A stretch of DNA of 64,000 nucleotides, from assembly GCA_044361475.1 (NCBI GenBank), contig JBIKIR010000002.1:18543-82542 (forward strand), written 5' to 3'. Below the pieces are notes generated by a model. It saw nothing but the letters and a program-made list of their open reading frames with translations, was not told the origin of the DNA and made no database searches. The DNA is from Luteolibacter sp. (GTDB taxonomy: Bacteria > Verrucomicrobiota > Verrucomicrobiia > Verrucomicrobiales > Akkermansiaceae). A program made the position numbers and the translations under genes. This document shows, one piece after another, positions 57,668-64,000 of the stretch (the stretch's first letter is position 1; each line of letters starts with the position of its first letter).

Positions 57668-58405
57668 ATGCCCAACCTACTCATCACAGGACAATCCGGC
57701 CGCATGGGCCAAGCCCTCATGCAAGCCGCCGCCACCGATCCCGACTCGACTGTCACCGCCACCCACGATGTCGGACAAGACCTCGACGCCGCGGTTCAAA
57801 AGGCCAATTGCATCATCGACTTCACCGTTCACTCGTTCACCGCGCAAGTCGTCGAAGCAGCATTGAAACATGGTACCCGACTCGTCATCGGCACGACCGG
57901 CCACAGCGATGATGAACGCGAAATGATCCGCAAAGCTGCCGAAAAACTCCCGATCGTTTTCGCATCGAACTACTCGGTCGGCGTCAACACGCTCTTCTGG
58001 CTCACCCGCCACGCGGCACGCATCCTCACCCAGGACCGCTTCGACATCGAAGTGACCGAAATGCACCACCGCCACAAGATCGACTCACCCTCCGGCACCG
58101 CACGCACGCTGCTCGAAATTCTCAACGAGGAAACCGGCACTTCCTACAAGGACGATGTCACCCACGGTCGCTTCGGCAACATCGGCCCGCGCCCACAACG
58201 CGAGATCGGCATGCACACACTGCGCGGCGGCGATGTGGTTGGCGACCACACGGTGATGTTTGCCGCCGATGGCGAACGCGTCGAACTCACTCACAAGGCA
58301 TCATCGCGCCTCACCTTCGCAGCAGGCGCCGTGCGCGCCGCAAAATGGCTCGAATCCCAACCTGCCGGCCTCTACGACATGCAGGATGTGCTCGGCCTGA
58401 AATGA
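57668..58405 (+). CDS. dapB: 4-hydroxy-tetrahydrodipicolinate reductase
   Basis: 245 aa. ITGQSGRMGQAL, IDFTVHSF, GTTG and EMHHRHKIDSPSGTA motifs. Confidence 0.93.
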   Translation: MPNLLITGQSGRMGQALMQAAATDPDSTVTATHDVGQDLDAAVQKANCIIDFTVHSFTAQVVEAALKHGTRLVIGTTGHSDDEREMIRKAAEKLPIVFASNYSVGVNTLFWLTRHAARILTQDRFDIEVTEMHHRHKIDSPSGTARTLLEILNEETGTSYKDDVTHGRFGNIGPRPQREIGMHTLRGGDVVGDHTVMFAADGERVELTHKASSRLTFAAGAVRAAKWLESQPAGLYDMQDVLGLK

Positions 58406-59982
58406 TCCATTCATCAATTCAATATCACTCTTCCATGCGCCTCATTCCCGTTTTTTTCACCCTGCTCGCAATCGCCGCCTGCAAACCGCGCGATGCCTCA
58501 CAGGCGAAGCCAAACGACAACCCACCGCCAAGCGCCCAAGTCGCAGCGGAGCAAAAACCTGTCGCCGCAAAGGCCGATGTGAAATCATCGCTGCTGCGCA
58601 TCAACTCGACGCAGCAGTCATGGAATGTCTGGCAGCCATGGGAAAAATCCCCGCCGCGCAAACGCCGCGCCCTCGCCGCCGTGGTCGGCCCGCAACAGGT
58701 CCTCACCACCGCCGAGTTGGTGACCGATGCGACCTACCTCGAATTTGAATCCTGCGATGGCACGAAGTTCTCGCCCGCCAAGGTGATCGCCGCCGATTAT
58801 GAGGCAAACCTCGCGCTGCTCGGTCCGGCATCCGACACCGCCGGCGCCGAACTTTTCGCCACGCTCACGCCATTCGAAATTTCAAAGCCCGCCACCATCG
58901 GCAGCCCACTCTCGATCGTTCAGATCGAGGAAAACGGCGTCGCACTCGAAACGACAGGCGCGCTGCAAAGCGTCGACCTCATTTCAAATTTTCTGCAAGG
59001 CAACAACTTCCTCACCTACCGCGTAAAGGCCTCGATGCAGGATGCCGCAGGCAGCTACTCACTCCCGGTCCTGCGCGATGGCAAACTCGCCGGCGTGCTC
59101 TTCAGCTACAACGCCAAGGACCAACTCTGCGATGTCGCCTCCACCGACATCATCACCCGTTTCCTCCAAGAAGCGGCCGATGGAAATTACACCGGATTCC
59201 CCAGCCTCGGGATCTCGATCGCCCGCACCGAAGACCCTTCGTTCCGCCAATGGCTCAAGCTGCCCGACGACGCCGGCGGCATTTACATCCAGACGGTTCG
59301 CAAAAAAAATGCCGCCGATCTCGCCGGCGTGAAAAAAGGCGATGTCTTGCTCGCTGCCGATGGCTGCACGATCGACCGCCGCGGCTACTATGATCATCCG
59401 ACTTACGGCAAACTCCTCTGGGGTCACCTGATCCGCGGCACGAAATCCGTCGGCGACACGGTGACTCTCTCAATCCTGCGCGACGGAAAGCCGATGGAGA
59501 TCAAGGCCGTGCTCAGCCGCGAACCGGATGAAAGCAAACTCATCCCCAACCACCTCTTCGGCAAGGCCCCCAACTTCCTCGTGAAAGGTGGGCTTCTCTT
59601 TCAAGAACTCTCACGCCCCCTGCTCGAAGGCTTCGGCGAAGATTGGAAAACACGCGCCCCACTCAACCTGCTCGACGCGCTGGAAAACCCGGAAAAATAC
59701 GAGGAATCGATGGATCGAGTCGTGCTCCTCACCGGCGTGATCCCTACCCCGGCGACTGTCGGATACGAGTCGCTGCGCAACCTCATCGTCACCAAGGCGA
59801 ACGGCAAACCGGTCAAAAACCTGCAAGGGCTCATCGCCGCATTCGACGACAACGCGCCCACGATCCACTCGATCGAATTCGACGAAGAAAATCTCACCAT
59901 TAACCTCGACGAAGAGACATCTTCGGCAGTCGACTCGCAACTGCTCAAGCGTGGACTCAGCCGCCTTTCCCGCGCCGAGTGA
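58402..59982 (+). CDS. HtrA-like trypsin-fold + PDZ lipoprotein, catalytic triad apparently degenerate
   Basis: ORF 58345..59982. Start at ATG 58402 (ATGA overlap with dapB) or ATG 58435 (MRLIPVFFTLLAIAACK lipobox). PDZ segment GIYIQTVRKKNAADLAGVKKGDVLLAADG. See findings for the triad positions. Confidence 0.75.
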   Translation: MIHSSIQYHSSMRLIPVFFTLLAIAACKPRDASQAKPNDNPPPSAQVAAEQKPVAAKADVKSSLLRINSTQQSWNVWQPWEKSPPRKRRALAAVVGPQQVLTTAELVTDATYLEFESCDGTKFSPAKVIAADYEANLALLGPASDTAGAELFATLTPFEISKPATIGSPLSIVQIEENGVALETTGALQSVDLISNFLQGNNFLTYRVKASMQDAAGSYSLPVLRDGKLAGVLFSYNAKDQLCDVASTDIITRFLQEAADGNYTGFPSLGISIARTEDPSFRQWLKLPDDAGGIYIQTVRKKNAADLAGVKKGDVLLAADGCTIDRRGYYDHPTYGKLLWGHLIRGTKSVGDTVTLSILRDGKPMEIKAVLSREPDESKLIPNHLFGKAPNFLVKGGLLFQELSRPLLEGFGEDWKTRAPLNLLDALENPEKYEESMDRVVLLTGVIPTPATVGYESLRNLIVTKANGKPVKNLQGLIAAFDDNAPTIHSIEFDEENLTINLDEETSSAVDSQLLKRGLSRLSRAE

Positions 59983-59988
59983 TGAGCG

Positions 59989-60654
59989 TCAGTGAATCGC
60001 GCCGTCGCGGATCACCAGCGTGCGATCACCCAGCTCGGCCAGCGACGCATCATGCGTCACCACCACCAGCGTCATCGCATGCTCATTGGCGAGCTCGAGC
60101 AACATGGCCATGACCTGCGCGCTGTTGGCCGAATCCAAATTTCCAGTGGGCTCATCGGCAAACAAAACCTTCGGCTCGTTCACAATCGCCCGTGCGATTG
60201 CGACCCGCTGCTGCTCGCCGCCGGAGAGCTCGGCCGGAAGGTGATCCTTGCGATGACCAAGCCCAACGCGCTCCAAAGCCTTGATCGCCGCCTTGGTGGA
60301 ATCAACTCCAGCGATGGCACCCGGCACCGCGACATTTTCCAGCGCGGTCAACTCGGGCAGGAGATGGAAGTTTTGAAACACATAACCAATTTCCCGATTG
60401 CGAAAACGAGCCTGTTCCTGCCGCCCCAGCGCGTAAATCTCAACGCCATCAATCCTCACCAAACCGCGCTCCGGACGCTCCAGTCCCGCCAGCGTGTAAA
60501 GCAAAGTCGTCTTGCCCGCACCGCTCGGCCCGCACAAAAAAACCCGCTCGCCACGACGAATCCGCAGATCAACCCCATGCAGCACCTCGATCGCCTTGTT
60601 GCCAATCCGGTAGCCGCGATGCAGGTCGACCGTTTCAATCATCGTCTCGCTCAT
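59989..60654 (-). CDS. ABC transporter ATP-binding protein (LolD/MacB/FtsE-like), no adjacent permease
   Basis: ORF 59989..60690, start at MSETMIETVDL. GPSGAGKTT, LSGGEQQRVAIARA, LFADEPTGNLD. Confidence 0.88.
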   Translation of the reverse strand: MSETMIETVDLHRGYRIGNKAIEVLHGVDLRIRRGERVFLCGPSGAGKTTLLYTLAGLERPERGLVRIDGVEIYALGRQEQARFRNREIGYVFQNFHLLPELTALENVAVPGAIAGVDSTKAAIKALERVGLGHRKDHLPAELSGGEQQRVAIARAIVNEPKVLFADEPTGNLDSANSAQVMAMLLELANEHAMTLVVVTHDASLAELGDRTLVIRDGAIH

Positions 60655-60899
60655 TTCCCCGAATCTGCCCACCCATCGCCCCCAAGGCAAGCCCGCTCAA
60701 ACGGACATCCAACGGAAGAAGTCCACTCGGGCGAATTTGCAAATTTTCACCCATTTCTCACAACGTTGGCTCAAAATTTGAGATGAAATAGCGTTGCGTA
60801 ACCATCATACTCTCGTTTTCGCCTATGCGCCCACCTGTTTTTGGGCTCACGCCCTCTTTGCGGTTGCATCGGTCAGCCCGCTTTGGTGGAATTTCACCG

Positions 60900-61220
60900 A
60901 TGGCCACTCCTACCAATGTTCTCTCCAGCGGAATCGAAATCACCGGCTCCGTCCGCTTTGCCCATGACATGATCGTCGATGGCAAGATCGAAGGCGAAAT
61001 CACCTCCGACAAGGGCCGAGTCACGATCGGCGAAAATGCCATCATCAAGGGCGACATCTCCGCCGGCGAAGTGAAGGTTTACGGCAAGATCGAAGGCAAA
61101 ATCACTTCGCAACGCTGCGAACTCAAGGACAAGTCGAAGATCAATGGCGACATCAAGTCGAAGGTCTTCACGATGGAAGAAGGTGCCCAGCTTTCCGGCC
61201 GCACCGAGATCGGCGGTTGA
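60900..61220 (+). CDS. Bactofilin (polymer-forming cytoskeletal protein, DUF583)
   Basis: ORF 60825..61220, start at MATPTNVLSSGIEITGSVRF. Repeated beta-helix pattern ..VDGKIEGEI..GDISAGEVKVYGKIEGKI..INGDIKS.. Confidence 0.85.
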   Translation: MATPTNVLSSGIEITGSVRFAHDMIVDGKIEGEITSDKGRVTIGENAIIKGDISAGEVKVYGKIEGKITSQRCELKDKSKINGDIKSKVFTMEEGAQLSGRTEIGG

Positions 61221-61244
61221 TCAATCGCCGCTTGTTTCAAAATC

Positions 61245-62183
61245 TCAACGCCCTTCCCAGCGCTCTTGCGCGTGTTCGCACGAGCGCGGCTCGAGGTGGG
61301 AAATGACCCTGCCATCGGGGCTTAGCAGATCGGCGACCATTGCCTCCAAGCGCGTCGCTTGATCATGCGCCTCGCCGACGCTGAGGTGATCATCAAACAC
61401 GAGGTGAAACTCCACCCAATGCGTGCGGCCCGAGTGACGATGGCGGAAGTTGTGGTACGACAATCCCATCGACGCCACCTCGCGATCGAGTAACTCACGC
61501 ACTCGACTCTCGATCAGCGGATCCGCCTCGTCGAGCAATCCACCCAAGCTTTCGCGAATGAGGCGTATCCCCACTCTCAAAATATTGCACGCAACCAAAA
61601 TCGCCACCACCGGATCCCACCACACCCATTCGGTGACATGATACAAACCGAGCCCGATCAGCACCGCGACGCTCGACCAAACATCGGTGAGCACATGCAT
61701 GCCATTCGCACGCACGAGTGGTGATTCGCTTTTTTTCCCCACCGCCACGAGCGCGAACCCAAGGATCAGGTTGACCCCCGCCGCAAGCGATGTCACCGCC
61801 AGACCAAAGCCAAGGTTGCGGATCTCGACGCCGAACAAAAACTGCCGCGCCGCTTCATAAAAAATTAACATTGCCGCGGCGGAAATCATCGCCCCCTCGA
61901 AGCCCGCCGAAAGAAATGAAACTTTGTCGTGACCGAAATGATGGGTTTCATCAGCCGGCTTGATCGAGAGCCGCAGAGCCCAACACGCAAAGGCCACGGC
62001 AAGAAAATGCACCACCGACTCGGCCGCATCGGAATAGATCGCCGATGATCCCGTCATCACCGCGCCCGAAACCTTCACACCCAACAGCACCAGCGATGCC
62101 ACGAGGGAAAAATTCATCACGCGCTTCTGCTCCTCGACGCCCGACATGAGGGCGAAGCATGGACGATTCGGCCGACCAGACAA
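61245..62183 (-). CDS. Cation diffusion facilitator (CDF) family metal transporter
   Basis: 312 aa. ..SSAIYSDAAESVVH.., HHFGHDK, ..HVLTDVWSS.. and a C-terminal cytoplasmic domain. The start is uncertain, with several in-frame Met. Confidence 0.85.
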   Translation of the reverse strand: MSGRPNRPCFALMSGVEEQKRVMNFSLVASLVLLGVKVSGAVMTGSSAIYSDAAESVVHFLAVAFACWALRLSIKPADETHHFGHDKVSFLSAGFEGAMISAAAMLIFYEAARQFLFGVEIRNLGFGLAVTSLAAGVNLILGFALVAVGKKSESPLVRANGMHVLTDVWSSVAVLIGLGLYHVTEWVWWDPVVAILVACNILRVGIRLIRESLGGLLDEADPLIESRVRELLDREVASMGLSYHNFRHRHSGRTHWVEFHLVFDDHLSVGEAHDQATRLEAMVADLLSPDGRVISHLEPRSCEHAQERWEGR

Positions 62184-62216
62184 GCAAGAAGGATTCAGAT
62201 CCGCTTAGGATCGGAA

Positions 62217-62726
62217 TCAGATGCCTTCGCCTTCGTTTCTCGTCTCAATCTTCACCGTTTGCGGCGACGCCAATCCGGGGATCACCCGACGCATCAATTT
62301 CTTGAGGCCGCTATCCGCCTCCTCGAGCTCGGCTTCGCCTTGGCGCATGGCGTTTTCCCATGCGGCTGCGAATCCCGGCGCTTGTTCGCGCATCGCGCGG
62401 ATCGCGAGTTCGTGCACCTGCAAGAGCCGCATCTCGGCGCGCCCCGGCTTCTGCAACAGTGCAGCGTTGTTCACGCGCAGGTTTTCATTCTGCATGCGCA
62501 GCAAATCGAGTTCCGACTGCAGCGTCTCATTGCCGCTCGAGTTGATCTTGAGCTGGGTGTTGAGGTGCTTCTGCATGTCCTTGAGCTCGCCCTCGATGCG
62601 CTTGATCTCACGCGCGAGATTGCGACGCGCACTGAAGCCGGATTTCCAAATGAAACCGGCGATCAGAAGACCCAGCAAAAGACCCCAGACAAAGGGTGTT
62701 TGCAGCGCGGTGTTGAGCAGTTCCAT
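62217..62726 (-). CDS. Hypothetical membrane-anchored coiled-coil protein
   Basis: ORF 62217..62864, start at MELLNTALQTPFVWGLLLGLLIAGFIW (one TM), followed by a heptad-like region. No recognisable family. Confidence 0.5.
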   Translation of the reverse strand: MELLNTALQTPFVWGLLLGLLIAGFIWKSGFSARRNLAREIKRIEGELKDMQKHLNTQLKINSSGNETLQSELDLLRMQNENLRVNNAALLQKPGRAEMRLLQVHELAIRAMREQAPGFAAAWENAMRQGEAELEEADSGLKKLMRRVIPGLASPQTVKIETRNEGEGI

Positions 62727-62745
62727 GAGCTTGATGCGATTGGGT

Positions 62746-64000
62746 TCAGCTTCCTGCGACACGGCGGCGTTGCAGGAAAAGATCGATGCCATCGACGAGC
62801 GCAAGCCAGCTCGCCTCGATGATGTTTTCGGAAACACCCACCGTGCCCCAGTTGTTTTCGCCATCGGTCGAGACGATCAAAACGCGCGTCTTGGCGGCGG
62901 TCGCATCGTGGCTGTCGATGATGCGTACTTTGTAATCGACCAATGAAACTTCGGAGATCTCCGGGAAAAATGGCAGCAGCGCCTTGCGCAGCGCGAGGTC
63001 GAGCGCGTTGACCACACCCCTGCCCTCGGCGACCGTGAGCTCGGGCGTGCCATCGACCATCAGCTTTACCGTCGCCTCGCACACCGGCGGATGCCCGTCG
63101 CGATACTGGCGGAAACTCGTGTGATATTCGGTCAGGTCGAAGGGCCTCGCGTGATTGCCAAGCTCGCGGCGGATCAGCAATTCAAGCGAGCCGCCCGCCG
63201 CCTCGAAGGAATAGCCTTCGTTCTCGAGTTCCTTCACGCGCTTGAGCACCGCCGATGCCTCGGCCGAGCCTTTTTCCAGCGGAAGACCCAGCTCGCCGGC
63301 CTTGATCAGAATGTTCGACTGGCCGCTTAGCTCCGAAACGAGAATGTTCTGCTCGTTGCCAACGCTGGCCGGCTCGATATGCTCGTAGCTGCGCGCCAAC
63401 TTCTGCACGGCATTCACATGCATGCCGCCCTTGTGCGCGAAAGCCGTGCGACCAACAAAGGCCGCGCGGGCGAAATGCGGGTTGTTCGACACATCGTCGA
63501 CGAAGTACGATAAATCTCGTAGTTTCTCCAAGCGCGACACCACCGGCATGCCGAGCTTGAGCTGCAGGATCGGGATCACCGAAGTGAGGTTGCAGTTGCC
63601 GGTGCGCTCGCCGTAGCCGTTGATCGTTCCCTGCACCTGCGTTGCGCCGGCCTTGACCGCCGCGACGGCGTTGGCCACGGCGAGCTCGCAGTCGTTGTGG
63701 GTATGGATGCCGAACGGCACATTCGGCAGACGCTCACGCACCGCCGCGCAAATTTGCACGATCTCATCCGGCAGCGTGCCGCCATTGGTGTCGCAAAGCA
63801 CAAGACAGGCAGCACCACCGTCGGCGGCCGCTTCGAGCGTCGACAGGGCATGCTCGGGAGAGTCCTTGTAGCCATCGAAGAAATGCTCGGCGTCGTACAT
63901 GACCTCGCGGCCGTGTTTCACCAGATGGGCCACAGTGTCGCGGATCATCGCGCGGTTTTCCTCGACCGTGGTGCGCAGCACCTCGGTGACATGCAGCTCC
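62746..64000 (-). CDS. cimA: (R)-citramalate synthase / 2-isopropylmalate synthase family protein, partial (N-terminus beyond window)
   Basis: ..FGIHTHNDCELAVANAVAAVKAGATQVQGTINGYGERTGN.. (HMGL-like barrel) plus a LeuA-dimer-like C-terminal regulatory domain. The reading frame is open to the window edge. Confidence 0.85.
   Translation of the reverse strand, partial: ELHVTEVLRTTVEENRAMIRDTVAHLVKHGREVMYDAEHFFDGYKDSPEHALSTLEAAADGGAACLVLCDTNGGTLPDEIVQICAAVRERLPNVPFGIHTHNDCELAVANAVAAVKAGATQVQGTINGYGERTGNCNLTSVIPILQLKLGMPVVSRLEKLRDLSYFVDDVSNNPHFARAAFVGRTAFAHKGGMHVNAVQKLARSYEHIEPASVGNEQNILVSELSGQSNILIKAGELGLPLEKGSAEASAVLKRVKELENEGYSFEAAGGSLELLIRRELGNHARPFDLTEYHTSFRQYRDGHPPVCEATVKLMVDGTPELTVAEGRGVVNALDLALRKALLPFFPEISEVSLVDYKVRIIDSHDATAAKTRVLIVSTDGENNWGTVGVSENIIEASWLALVDGIDLFLQRRRVAGS

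Overview
GC-rich bacterial chromosomal window. A PEP-CTERM anchor, a bactofilin, Lys/Ala/Pro-rich protein tails, a RAYT-type transposase and GC-rich palindromic repeats suggest a Verrucomicrobiota/PVC-type organism, but that is inference only. I call about 60 protein genes and one tRNA(CAU). Most are housekeeping: tsf-rpsB, tsaC, aroK-queG, nusA-infB-rbfA, class I fumarase, tsaE, rpmG-rpsR, scpB-pheA, gltA-hisD, malQ, ribH-nusB, cysS, dapB and a partial cimA. Accessory content: (1) a HUH-Y1 (RAYT/IS200-like) transposase gene. (2) Ten copies of a GTAG-headed GC-rich palindromic (REP-like) core, spread over five mosaic intergenic repeat islands. (3) Two VapBC-type (RHH + PIN) toxin-antitoxin pairs, each embedded in such islands, one bracketed by about 62-nt inverted repeats. 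(4) A CzcCBA-type heavy-metal RND efflux operon flanked by two secreted His-rich proteins. A sigma-54 enhancer-binding protein follows it, and its receiver domain lacks the phospho-acceptor Asp. (5) A feo locus with a DtxR-FeoA fusion and a FeoB split into separate G-domain and membrane ORFs. (6) A DksA-like gene with a histone-H1-like Lys-rich tail and a half-degenerate zinc finger, placed directly upstream of Cys-poor L33 and S18 genes. I found no CRISPR array, no rRNA and no recognisable dedicated phage-defence operon. The most unusual signals are the repeat/RAYT/TA architecture, the possible zinc-sparing DksA-L33-S18 cluster and the atypically regulated metal-efflux locus. All homology calls come from motif recognition by eye. 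No searches were run.
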